Both the position numbers and the translations under genes were made by a program. A DNA stretch of 64,000 bases from Bacillota bacterium (lineage in GTDB: Bacteria; Bacillota; Sulfobacillia; JAJZYS01; JAJYTV01): assembly GCA_021847575.1 (NCBI GenBank), contig JAJZQO010000001.1:31415-95414 (forward strand). The letters run 5' to 3'. Under the pieces are notes generated by a model that had not been told where the DNA came from, did not search any database, and was given only the letters and a program-made list of their open reading frames with translations. Below, one piece after another: positions 1-9,373 of this stretch (within the stretch, counting starts at the first letter, position 1; every line of letters begins with the position of its first letter).

Positions 1-412
1 CGTCGACCCCCTTGGTCTTCGCGCGCAGGGCCTGACGCCGGCTGATCACCTCGGTGTACACGAGGCCGCCGCTATCGTGCACGGTGTCCACGATCAGCGC
101 CGGGTCGCCGAGCGACGTGAAGAAGAAGCGCACACCGTGGTCGAGGCAGATCGCGAGCTGTTCCCGATAGGGAAAGCGGCCGGAAACATGGACGTCGACG
201 GCGATCGGCCTCGCGGTGCGGCTGCGAATGCGTCCGAGGGCGGCCTCGAGCGCCGCCAGCGTGCGGTAGTTGGGCAGAGGGAAGGCCCCGAGCCCGCCCG
301 CTTCGGACACGGCGACGACGAGATCCTCATAGGAGACGAGGAACATCGGCGCGCCGACAATCGGATATGTGATGCCGAGAAGACGACTGAAGGCCGTCTC
401 AATCCGGGCCAC
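1..412 (-). CDS. Nitronate monooxygenase / FabK-like FMN oxidoreductase (runs off window edge)
   Basis: Not in ORF track; manual translation from GTG at 412 after GGGGAGGTG RBS: MARIETAFSRLLGITYPIVGAPMFLVSYEDLVVAVSEAGGLGAF, typical NMO-family N-terminus. Confidence 0.8.
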   Translation of the reverse strand, partial: MARIETAFSRLLGITYPIVGAPMFLVSYEDLVVAVSEAGGLGAFPLPNYRTLAALEAALGRIRSRTARPIAVDVHVSGRFPYREQLAICLDHGVRFFFTSLGDPALIVDTVHDSGGLVYTEVISRRQALRAKTKGVD

Positions 413-438
413 GCCGCCACCTCCCCTGCGCTTCGCCC

Positions 439-1878
439 TTACGCCTCGCGTGGCACCTGTGCGATTTCCTCGACCAGTGCCTTCGCGTTTTGGAGGATGC
501 GCCGCGCCTCAAAGAAGATCGTCATGCGCTGCGCCATCAGCGAGCCCTCGCCCTGCAGCACGATGGTCTCCAGTTCCGAACGCGTGAGGCGCCGGATCAG
601 GTCGAGCATGCGCAGGCGCGCCTCCGTCGGGATGCCGGCCTTGCCACCGAGATACTTCTCGATGTCGGGCCGCAGTTCATCGCGCTGCCAGTCGGCGTAG
701 GTGGTGGCCGTCACGAGCACTCCGCCCGCGAGGTCCTCGATGATCTTGACCATGTCGTGGTAACGGTCGGCAAAGTGGAACTTGGCGAGGTTCGTCAGCA
801 TTGGGCTCGGCACGGCGACGCCGTCGTGCAGGGTGTAGTCGAGGCAGGAGGCGCGCGCCAGACCCTTGAGCGTCTCGAGGTAGATGACCATGTCCGTGAG
901 CTTTTCCACGACGTGCGGCGCCTTCGCGACGCCGTTGTACTCGGCGATCGCCTGGGCGACTCCGACCAGCTGCTCGCTCATCGGGATGCGGTAGGCGACG
1001 CCGGTGCGGCGGTGCAGGAGCGCGAAGCTGTGCACGAGGGTGTTGGATGCCTGCCACTCGCCGTCGAGGAAGACCCGCTCCCACGGCACGAAGACGTCGT
1101 CGAAGATCACGAGCGACTCGGTATGGACGCGCACCGGGCGTGTGTTGGGAAACTCGAGCGACGAGATCCTGGAATGGAAGGGCCGCAGGATCTGGCGCAC
1201 CCCGGGCTGGTTGCACGGTACGGCGAAGGCGAGCGCATAGTCCTTGTCCGCCTCTCCCATCGTGCGACAGGGGATGACGAACATCTCGTGCGCATAGGCG
1301 GCGCCGCTGATGTGCGTCTTCGCACCGCGTACGACGATGCCGTCCGGCCTGCGCTCGACGACGTGAACGTAGTAGTCCTCGTGCGCCTGGCCGGGGTCCG
1401 AGGGCCGGAGCATGCGATCCCCCTTGACATCGGTGACGGCGGCGACCACGGCGAGGTCGTTCTGACGCAGGTAGCGGCCGTAGGCCCCGATGCGGTCGAT
1501 GTAGTCCTGACTGCCCAGGCGACGAGCCGTGATTTCGATCGCGCTCAGCACGTCCGCGCCGATGTCCTTCGCGAACGGTATGAAGCCATCACCAAGGCGC
1601 GTGCCCGCCACGATCAGCTCCTGGTGCAGCAGGAGGTCATCGCCGTTGCGGGGGATATGGTAGTAACGACTCTGCTCCTCGCCGGTCTCGGGGTCGCGCA
1701 CAACGCCGAGATGGCGCAGCTCCCCGTGCTCAGGCAGCTCGTAGTCGACGGCCATGGTGTCGACGCAGACCCTGATGTCGGGATCCAGGGTTACGTCCTC
1801 GATGCGACGCCCCTTGTACCAGACCTCGCGACCGTCGCGCAGGCGCTCCCGGTATTCGTCGGCCGTCATCAGTGCCAC
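439..1878 (-). CDS. 4-hydroxyphenylacetate 3-hydroxylase / 4-hydroxybutyryl-CoA dehydratase family flavoprotein
   Basis: MTADEYRERLRDGREVWYKG, AVTDVKGDR, GIVVRGAKTH, VIFDDVFVPWERVFL motifs; AGGAGG RBS. Confidence 0.85.
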   Translation of the reverse strand: MALMTADEYRERLRDGREVWYKGRRIEDVTLDPDIRVCVDTMAVDYELPEHGELRHLGVVRDPETGEEQSRYYHIPRNGDDLLLHQELIVAGTRLGDGFIPFAKDIGADVLSAIEITARRLGSQDYIDRIGAYGRYLRQNDLAVVAAVTDVKGDRMLRPSDPGQAHEDYYVHVVERRPDGIVVRGAKTHISGAAYAHEMFVIPCRTMGEADKDYALAFAVPCNQPGVRQILRPFHSRISSLEFPNTRPVRVHTESLVIFDDVFVPWERVFLDGEWQASNTLVHSFALLHRRTGVAYRIPMSEQLVGVAQAIAEYNGVAKAPHVVEKLTDMVIYLETLKGLARASCLDYTLHDGVAVPSPMLTNLAKFHFADRYHDMVKIIEDLAGGVLVTATTYADWQRDELRPDIEKYLGGKAGIPTEARLRMLDLIRRLTRSELETIVLQGEGSLMAQRMTIFFEARRILQNAKALVEEIAQVPREA

Positions 1879-1890
1879 GATGCAGCCTCC

Positions 1891-3456
1891 TTAAAGGTCC
1901 TTGGGGATGCCCTGGTGGTAGGGCGGGAAGATCTCCTGCTCGAGGTTCGAGCCCATCAGGCTGTCGACGGCCATCACGCCGGAGAGGGTGGCGCCGTCGA
2001 CACCGCCGCCGAGTAGCCGCCTGCCGTACTGGTCGCCGACCAGGTACAGGCCGTTGACGTACGGACTCCGGTTGTCGAGGCGCTCCTCCCCGACCGGTCG
2101 CCACTGCCCGTAGGCGTCGGGCGCCGGCGTCCAGATGCAGAACTCGACGTCCCGCTCCCAGACGCCCGGGAAGGTCTCCTTGAACCAGTTCTCACACCAA
2201 GCTTTGATCCGCCCGACACGCTCGCGACTGTGCATCTCCTGGTCGGTGAGGCCGATCGAGAACTCGAAGCTTCGCTTGCCCGCTGGCGCGCGCGTCGGGG
2301 CGCAGGCCCCCATGGCCCAGACGACGACGTCGACGTCGCCGATGAAGCCCTCGTTGCGGATCGCCCCTGGCAGGAAGATGAAGCTGCGTTCGTCGATGCC
2401 GCGTTCGGCCCAGATGTCTCGGGTGAGGCCGATAAAGGCGGTGAGGAGGCCCGCGCCCCAGTACCGCTGCTCGATCGTCTCGACGAGGTCGGGCGGGAAA
2501 AGCGAGCGGTCGAGGACGTGAAACAGCTGTTTTGGCATCATGTTGAGGAAGACCGTGGCGGCCCGCGCCGTCTCCGTGCCGCCATCTCCCCGCATGCGCA
2601 CGCCCTCTACGCGGCCGCCTTCCACCAGCACCTCCGTGACGGTCGTCGAGCGGCGCACTTCGCCGCCCGCGGCGCGGATGACGCGTTCGAGCGCCTGTGC
2701 GATCGCGACGGCACCTGGCCGGTCGACCGTGCCGCAGGAGCCGTCGACGAGGTTCATGCGGATGTCCTTCGCCATCGCCATGTAGTAGAGGAAGTCCGCG
2801 GCCGGCGTCATCGAGAGATCGGCCTGCGCTGTTTGCGAGGCGGAGAGCGCCTTGATGTAGTCGTAAGCCTGCGGGTGGAGATCGAACTGCCTCAGCCAAT
2901 CCTCGAGCGAGACATCCTTGTAGCGCGCCACCTCGGCGACGCTCATCCTGCCCATCGCGCGCATGGCGTTCATGGCCGAGGCGAAGGCTTCCTCCGACAT
3001 CCATGGGTACGGCTGACCGCGCCCCACCTGATAGGGCACGTTGCCATGCTCGTGGTCGACGAAGCCGAAGCCGACATTGCACGGGATCTCCACGTGCTCG
3101 CCGACGTGGCCCAGGAGGTGGGCGATGCGGCTGCGGTTGCCCCAGAAGAGGCCGTGGCCGCCTGCCTCGTAGGTGTAGCCGTCAAGGAGGCCGCGCTCAA
3201 AGACCTCCTCGATCGGCGGCTCGCTGCTGAAGAGGTGGGTGCTGGCCACGCCAAGCGCCTTCTGCATTCCGGTCGCATCCAGTTCGAGGCCGTCGATCTC
3301 AACCTTCTGCCCGACGCCTACGAACGAGGCGAGCCGCCCCCCGATGAAGGGTGCGCGCTCCAGCACGAGGACCTTCTTGCCGAACTCCTTCGCGAGCAGT
3401 GCCGCTGACGTCAGGCCCGCGACGCCGCTGCCGACCACGATCACGTCGTACTCCAT
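1891..3456 (-). CDS. FAD-dependent oxidoreductase, phytoene desaturase-like superfamily
   Basis: N-terminal DVIVVGSGVAGL...VLVLER...IGGR dinucleotide-binding motif; C-terminal VNGLYLVGD...GGGVDGATLSG. Confidence 0.8.
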   Translation of the reverse strand: MEYDVIVVGSGVAGLTSAALLAKEFGKKVLVLERAPFIGGRLASFVGVGQKVEIDGLELDATGMQKALGVASTHLFSSEPPIEEVFERGLLDGYTYEAGGHGLFWGNRSRIAHLLGHVGEHVEIPCNVGFGFVDHEHGNVPYQVGRGQPYPWMSEEAFASAMNAMRAMGRMSVAEVARYKDVSLEDWLRQFDLHPQAYDYIKALSASQTAQADLSMTPAADFLYYMAMAKDIRMNLVDGSCGTVDRPGAVAIAQALERVIRAAGGEVRRSTTVTEVLVEGGRVEGVRMRGDGGTETARAATVFLNMMPKQLFHVLDRSLFPPDLVETIEQRYWGAGLLTAFIGLTRDIWAERGIDERSFIFLPGAIRNEGFIGDVDVVVWAMGACAPTRAPAGKRSFEFSIGLTDQEMHSRERVGRIKAWCENWFKETFPGVWERDVEFCIWTPAPDAYGQWRPVGEERLDNRSPYVNGLYLVGDQYGRRLLGGGVDGATLSGVMAVDSLMGSNLEQEIFPPYHQGIPKDL

Positions 3457-3488
3457 CCGCCTTTGCCTCCTTGCCTTTCCTGCGCGAA

Positions 3489-4253
3489 CTAGAGAGAGCC
3501 GCCGCCGTCCATCACGACCGCCTGGCCCGTCACGTACAGGGCCGCGTCCGACACGAGGTAGAGGATGGTGCGCGCCACCTCGTCCGGCTGGGCGATTCGC
3601 TTCAGAGGTGTGTGGCTCAGCTCCTCTGCCATCAGATCCGCGTTGCGCCAGAGCGCTTCGCTGAACCGCGTCTGCACCACACCCGGCGCGACCGCGTTGA
3701 CCCGGATGCCCTTTGGCCCGAGTTCCTTGGCCATCGCCTTCGTAAGCATGAGGATCGCGGCCTTGCTGACGCAGTAGATGCCAAGGCCAGGATCGGGGGA
3801 GATGCCGCCGATAGAGGCCACGTTGACGATGTTGCCGGCGCCCTGCTCGACCATCTTGCGGGCGATGAGCTGGCTGAGGAGGAAATAGCCCTTGACGTTC
3901 GTCGTCATGATCTGGTCGTACGTCTTCTCCTCGACATCGAGCAGGGGGGCCATCACCGGGTTCGTCGCCGCGTTGTTGACGAGGATGTCGACACGACCGA
4001 ACTCGCCCAAAACCGTAGCCGCAAGTCGCTCGATGTCCGCCGCCTCGCGGTTGTGCGCCTGTACCGCGAGGGCTCTCCTGCCCAGAGCGCGGATCTCCTC
4101 CGCCACCTGTTCCAGGTCCGGAAGCTTCCTGCCGCTGATGGCGACATCCGCCCCGGCCCCGGCCAGGGCGAGCGCCGTGGCGCGACCGATGCCGCGGCTG
4201 CCGCCGGTGACGAGCGCAACCTTGCCTGCCTGTTCGAGATAACTGAAGTCCAT
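3489..4253 (-). CDS. Short-chain dehydrogenase/reductase (DHRS4-like)
   Basis: TGGSRGIG, NNAA, YCVSK catalytic YxxxK, IRVNAVAPG. Confidence 0.9.
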   Translation of the reverse strand: MDFSYLEQAGKVALVTGGSRGIGRATALALAGAGADVAISGRKLPDLEQVAEEIRALGRRALAVQAHNREAADIERLAATVLGEFGRVDILVNNAATNPVMAPLLDVEEKTYDQIMTTNVKGYFLLSQLIARKMVEQGAGNIVNVASIGGISPDPGLGIYCVSKAAILMLTKAMAKELGPKGIRVNAVAPGVVQTRFSEALWRNADLMAEELSHTPLKRIAQPDEVARTILYLVSDAALYVTGQAVVMDGGGSL

Positions 4254-4272
4254 GCTTGGTTCCCTCCCGCTT

Positions 4273-5394
4273 TCAGAGGCCGATCTGTCGCGCGATGATG
4301 TTCTTCTGGATCTCCGACGTACCGCCGCCGATCGTCAGCACGAGCACGTTGCGCAGGTGGCGCTGCATGTCGGCTCCCGATTCCGCCCCCTCGCCGCCGA
4401 GGAGGTCCATGCCCTGCACCGCGAGGCGCTTGCCCGTGTCGGTGGCGAAGTACTTGGCCATCGAGGCCTCGCGGCCGCACGGCAGCCCATCGGCTTCCAG
4501 CCGCGCCGCGGCGTAGGCGAGACTCCTTGCGGCCTCAAGTTCGGTCGCCATCTCGGCCACGCGGTGCTGCACGCCTTGCGGCGCGCCGCCGGGGAATCTG
4601 CGCCGCACATGCTCGATGGCATCCTCCAGCACTGCCCGGCCGATGCCAACGGCACAGGCGGCGAGCGTCAACCGCTCCTGGTTGAGCAGCCTGACCATGT
4701 GTTCCCAGCCGTGGCCGATGCCCTCCGGCCCGCCGAGGATGTGTTCAGGCCCTACCCGGACGCCCTCGTACGAGACGGCGCACGTGTTCGAGCCGCGGTA
4801 GCCGAGTTTCTGGAGCTCACGCGCGCTGTAGCCAACGGCCCGAGTGTCGACGATGAAGGCGGTGATCCCCCTGTAGCGGTCCTCGGAGGTGCGCGCCATT
4901 GTCAGCACGTAGTCGCTTACACCGGCGCCGGTGATGAACATCTTGCGTCCGTATATGCGGTAGCCGTCCCCGTCCCGCTCCGCTCGCGTCTTGAGGCTGG
5001 CGGCGTCGGAGCCGGAATCCGGTTCCGTGAGGGCGAAGCCGAACTTGATCTCGCCCCTTGCCAACCGCGGCAGGTAGGTGCGGCGTTGCGCTTCGCTGCC
5101 GCTCTTGCCGATGATCTCGCCACCGTAGAGGCAGATGTTGCCGACCACCCACGCGAGGACCGGCAGGCGACGCGAGATCTCCTCGTAAAGCGCCATGGCG
5201 TCCAGGATGTTGCCACCCCAGCCACCGTACGCCGGGTCGATGTTGATGCCCATGTACCCCTCCGCCACGAGCGCCGCAAGCGGTTCGGAGGGGTAGCGGT
5301 CCTCGGCGTCGATCGCGCGTACCAGTTCGAGCGGGAGGTGCTCCTCGACGAAGGACGCGGTCGTTTCGCGGATGGCTTTGAGGGCCTCGGGCAT
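4273..5394 (-). CDS. Acyl-CoA dehydrogenase
   Basis: FALTEPDSGSDA, GRKMFITG, IGGGTSEIQKNII; ATG at 5394 follows GGAAGGAGG RBS. Confidence 0.9.
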   Translation of the reverse strand: MPEALKAIRETTASFVEEHLPLELVRAIDAEDRYPSEPLAALVAEGYMGINIDPAYGGWGGNILDAMALYEEISRRLPVLAWVVGNICLYGGEIIGKSGSEAQRRTYLPRLARGEIKFGFALTEPDSGSDAASLKTRAERDGDGYRIYGRKMFITGAGVSDYVLTMARTSEDRYRGITAFIVDTRAVGYSARELQKLGYRGSNTCAVSYEGVRVGPEHILGGPEGIGHGWEHMVRLLNQERLTLAACAVGIGRAVLEDAIEHVRRRFPGGAPQGVQHRVAEMATELEAARSLAYAAARLEADGLPCGREASMAKYFATDTGKRLAVQGMDLLGGEGAESGADMQRHLRNVLVLTIGGGTSEIQKNIIARQIGL

Positions 5395-5425
5395 CAGAGC
5401 GACGCCTCCTTCCTGCGGTACCATC

Positions 5426-5477
5426 AAACTGGATTGGTTTTTGAGTTTCACTATAGCGCGGCCCTGCACTCTGTCAA
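5426..5477 (-). promoter_or_regulatory. SigA-type promoter of the acyl-CoA operon with possible operator
   Basis: Minus strand TTGACA (5477-5472), 16 bp, TATAGT (5455-5450); AAAC-N7-GTTT dyad at 5426-5440 just downstream. Confidence 0.55.
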
Positions 5478-6195
5478 TAGCTTGGGCGTGTCCCGTGCAG
5501 GAGCGCATCGTTGGTCCCTTATAGCGCAACGGTGGCGACGCAGACGGCTCGCCGCTGGCGGGTATCAGCCGTGGAAGAGCCAACCGCAGATGGCCTTTGG
5601 CAACTGCGAACCACGCGAGATCGGGTGGGCACCATCGCAAACGGGACACCTGTCCACCCCCGGCTCCGCCCGGAGGAACGCGTCGCCACGCAGCGGGTTT
5701 GCCGCGGGTGGGTCAGTTCCCAAACGACGCCAATGGGACGGCTGCAGCCCGGCGTTGACAATCAAGCCCTTCCTGCGCGCTGGGCGAACGCGCCGACGTG
5801 CGTAAAGACGGCCTGTGCCGACCCCGCGTCTTTTTGTCCTGCTTTTCGCCGGATGTAGATTTCGGCGCAAAACGGCACCCCAGGGTCAAGACGAGAGGGA
5901 CCCCATCTATCCGACCGGCTTGTGCGGCGATCCCCCTTCAGTCGACGTCCAAGTCGACCAGGGACGAAAGCCAGAGCCGTGTCCAACAGGAGGGTCCCTA
6001 TGCGTACTATCCGGAAGGCAACGAAGGGCCCATGCTGCACAGCATGGGCATATCTGCCGTTCCCGGGCGACTCGGGATGGGAGATGCGAAACTCCGGCAC
6101 GGTCGCCGCCGGGCCGATCACCGTTCTACAGTTTCTGCTGGGCGGACGCACGCGCGGCTATGGCAGCCCTCGTTACCCAGGTAGCCGATCTGGCC

Positions 6196-6498
6196 CTATT
6201 CGCGCCGCCGACCCCGTAAATTGGTGAGATACAAATACAGCATCGCCAAATATGCTACAGCTTGCACCAAAATCAATGTCGACACCGGAATGGATCGCAT
6301 TGAATTGCTGATTACGCCGAGAATCAGGGCGATGATTGGTCCAATCCAGATGGCCACTCGTCTGCTCACGTAACTTGTCTGTGCGGGAGTCGCATTACGG
6401 CGGATCACCAACTGGTCCGGCATAAAGAACGCAAAAACTTGTGCAGTGACAAATTGCAGCAGAAAGAAAAGCGGCATGGCCAGCCTTGTGAACTCCAA
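6196..6498 (-). CDS. Small membrane protein, DUF1648/SdpI-like
   Basis: TTG start after GGAGGGAG; about 3 hydrophobic segments; FMPDQLVIRRN...YVSRRVAIWIGP resembles DUF1648; visibly lower GC than flanks. Confidence 0.5.
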   Translation of the reverse strand: MEFTRLAMPLFFLLQFVTAQVFAFFMPDQLVIRRNATPAQTSYVSRRVAIWIGPIIALILGVISNSMRSIPVSTLILVQAVAYLAMLYLYLTNLRGRRRE

Positions 6499-7074
6499 GA
6501 TGTGGCTCCCTCCATCCACCTGCACATGTTTAGCATGCACTGATCTATCCAAGGTCGCAACTGCTCAGATGCGCCAGCCCCCAAAGAGGCAGCGCAACGG
6601 TATCGATTCTGTTGCCTGACGGCATTTGCCGATCGGCCGGTGCCACGAACCTATCCTTTTATCTCGGCGGCGGTGCTTGCGAACGTGGGCTCCCGCTACT
6701 GGCCGAAGTCGCCCTGCGCGTCACCGCGTGCAGCTCCTCGGGGTGCAACGAGTCCAATATGCCCTTGGGGCGGAAGCCTTGTCCAGGCGGCTTGGAAACG
6801 GTGGCAAACACAGCTGCTCGCAGGTCTGCGCGCCGTCCGACGGGGCACCTTGCAATCTCGACGAGGTCGAAGCGATCCGGGCACAGAGGCGATGGGGGCT
6901 ATTGGATGTCGGGGCTTTTGCGGTAGCTGGTTCAAGTCTGGAACTTGGCGTGCTGAGTCCAGACCGCCCTCCCGTTCCCCGGCACCCAGCAGCGCCATAC
7001 CAGGCCTGAGGCAGGTCCAGGCACGGCATGAAGTCGAACCTGCAGAGCATCCAACCTGACAGGGGGCCGGAAAG

Positions 7075-8667
7075 ATGAGCAGGATCACAGTCCTCGCGGG
7101 CGGCACCCTGGTCGACGGAACAGGAAGCGCGGCCCGTCACGCGGACGTCTGGCTGCAAGGCGGAGAGATCGTCCGGATTGTCGAGGGCGGCGGGGGGCAC
7201 CCAGAAGGCCTGGACATCGTGGACTGCACGGACCTTGCCATCGCGCCCGGCTTTATCGACGTGCATTCGCACGCGGACAACGCCGGTTATCTAGCGACGG
7301 CGGACACGAGCAAGATCCTGCAGGGCGTGACGACCGAGGTCGTGGGCAACTGTGGCATCTCGCTTGCTCCGCGGACCTTGCCCCATCGCGTAGACCTGGA
7401 CAATTACGCACAGCGCCTGTTCCCCGTGGTGGACTGGCAGGGCGAAAGCTTCACAGAGTACTGGGCGGGCGCCGAGCGCGGCCTTGTGACCAATGCCGCT
7501 CCCCTCGTCGGGCAGGGCACGCTGCGGATCGCGGCGATGGGCATGGAGAACCGGCCCCCGTCCGCGGCGGAGAAAGCCAAGATGCGCGACCTGCTGCTTG
7601 CGGCCCTGGAAGCGGGGGCGTTCGGCCTCTCCACGGGGCTCATCTATCCCCCGGGCAGCTTCTCAGAAACCGAGGAGATCGCAGAACTGGCGGGCCACAT
7701 GCCGGACGGGATCTACGCTTCGCACCTGCGGGACGAGGGTGAGAACGTCGAACGGAGCGTCGCAGAGGCGATCGCGATCGGCGAGGCGGCAGGCTGCCAG
7801 GTGCAGCTGTCGCACCACAAGGCGGCAGGCAAGGCGAACTGGGGCCGCACGGAGGCCACGCTGGCCATGGTCGACGCGGCTCGCGAGAGGGGTGTGCGGA
7901 TCCACCTCGACGTGTATCCCTACACGGTAGCCTCGACGGTTCTGACGTCGTGTGTGCCGCCGTGGGCCGAGGCGGGCGGTGAAGCGGCCCTGCTCCAGAG
8001 GCTCGAAGATTCCGGAGCGCTCGGGCGGCTGCGCCGGGATATCGAACAGGGCCTGCCCGGTTGGGAGAATGAGATCGCCGCAACGGGCGCGGACGGCATC
8101 CGGATCGCCTCGACGCAGGACCACCGGTTCGAGGGGTCGACGCTTGCGGAGATCGCGGCCACCATCGGCGGCGACGGCATAGACGCACTGTTCCACGTCC
8201 TGCGGGAGGAGCGGCTGCGGGCCAGCATCCTGCTCTTCTCGATGACCGAGGGCGACGTGCAGCGCGTCCTGCGCCACCCGCTGGCCATGATCGGTTCGGA
8301 CGGCCTGCCGCCCGGTCTGGGCGGCAGGCCGCACCCGAGGCTCTACGGGACGTTCCCGAGGGTCTTGAGCCGCTATGTGCGCGAGATTCCCGTGCTCACG
8401 CTGGAGGCGGCGGTGCACAAGATGACGGGCCTGCCGGCCGCGGCGTTCCGACTCGCCCGGCGCGGGGTGGTGGCCGAGGGCAACATGGCGGATCTTGTGG
8501 TCTTCCGGCCCGGGAGCATCAGGGATGGGGCGACGTTCGAGGACCCGGTGCAGGCCCCGCTTGGGATTGAGCGCGTTTATCTTGGCGGCAGGGCTGTCGT
8601 GGTGGAGGGTCGGTATGTGGGCAATCGCCAAGGCGAGCGCCTGCGGCCGACAGGCGGCCTACGCTGA
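7075..8667 (+). CDS. N-acyl-D-amino-acid deacylase family amidohydrolase
   Basis: PGFIDVHSH, QGVTTEVVGNCG, SHLRDE, SHHK, IGSDG, HPRLYGTFPRVL. Confidence 0.9.
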   Translation: MSRITVLAGGTLVDGTGSAARHADVWLQGGEIVRIVEGGGGHPEGLDIVDCTDLAIAPGFIDVHSHADNAGYLATADTSKILQGVTTEVVGNCGISLAPRTLPHRVDLDNYAQRLFPVVDWQGESFTEYWAGAERGLVTNAAPLVGQGTLRIAAMGMENRPPSAAEKAKMRDLLLAALEAGAFGLSTGLIYPPGSFSETEEIAELAGHMPDGIYASHLRDEGENVERSVAEAIAIGEAAGCQVQLSHHKAAGKANWGRTEATLAMVDAARERGVRIHLDVYPYTVASTVLTSCVPPWAEAGGEAALLQRLEDSGALGRLRRDIEQGLPGWENEIAATGADGIRIASTQDHRFEGSTLAEIAATIGGDGIDALFHVLREERLRASILLFSMTEGDVQRVLRHPLAMIGSDGLPPGLGGRPHPRLYGTFPRVLSRYVREIPVLTLEAAVHKMTGLPAAAFRLARRGVVAEGNMADLVVFRPGSIRDGATFEDPVQAPLGIERVYLGGRAVVVEGRYVGNRQGERLRPTGGLR

Positions 8668-8730
8668 GAGGGGCCGGGGCAGGGTGTTCCAGATGAATGG
8701 CAGGAAGGGCGAAGCGTCTGTCCAATTAAC

Positions 8731-8744
8731 CTAACGAGCGTTCG
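8731..8744. promoter_or_regulatory. Candidate TetR operator
   Basis: CTAACGAGCGTTCG pseudo-palindrome (CNAACNNNCGTTNG pattern) 13 bp before the TetR start. Confidence 0.55.
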
Positions 8745-8757
8745 GCAGGGGGGCGGA

Positions 8758-9360
8758 ATGCTGATGGAGGAGCCGCAGGTTGGCACCCGCGAGCGACTCC
8801 TGGAGCTGTCGGCGCAGCTGTTTCGAGAGCGGGGCTTCCACGCCACCTCGATGCGCGACATCGCTCGAGCGGCACACATGCAGCCGGCCTCGATCTACCA
8901 CCACTTCCCTGGCAAGGAAAGCATCCTGCACGAGCTGATGCGCGGGTTTCTCATGGAACTGCTGCACAGCGCCGCAAACGCGTCCGACCAGGCCGCGGAC
9001 GCCACCGGGCGGCTTGCGGCCTTCATGCGAACCCACATCCGCCTGCACGCCACGCGGGCCATGGTCGCACTTGTCACCGATTCGGAGCTGAGGGCACTCA
9101 AGGACCCAGCGCGGCGGGAGGTCGTCATGCTGCGGGACCGCTATGAGCAGCTCCTGCAGGACATCCTGCGCCAGGGCGTCCAGGAGGGCCTGATGTACGT
9201 ACCCGACGTCAAGATTGCGAGCTACCAGCTTCTGGCCCTGGGTACAGGCGTCGTGTTCTGGTGGCGACCGGATGGTCGCCTCAGTCTTGAGGAGATCGTC
9301 GAGCAGCATGTCGGGGCCGCTTTTGGCATCTGCGGCGTGGGTCGGGGCAAACGTGGATAA
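8758..9360 (+). CDS. TetR family regulator (KstR2/PaaR-like)
   Basis: LFRERGFHATSMRDIA...SIYHHFPGKESIL HTH; C-terminal WWRPDGRLSLEEI. Confidence 0.9.
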   Translation: MLMEEPQVGTRERLLELSAQLFRERGFHATSMRDIARAAHMQPASIYHHFPGKESILHELMRGFLMELLHSAANASDQAADATGRLAAFMRTHIRLHATRAMVALVTDSELRALKDPARREVVMLRDRYEQLLQDILRQGVQEGLMYVPDVKIASYQLLALGTGVVFWWRPDGRLSLEEIVEQHVGAAFGICGVGRGKRG

Positions 9361-9373
9361 GGGGAGATGCCCG

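Noticed and set aside
490-5805. Long plus-strand ORFs (490-2016, 2230-3408, 4252-5805)
   Set aside because: Antisense shadows of motif-supported minus-strand genes, expected in high-GC DNA
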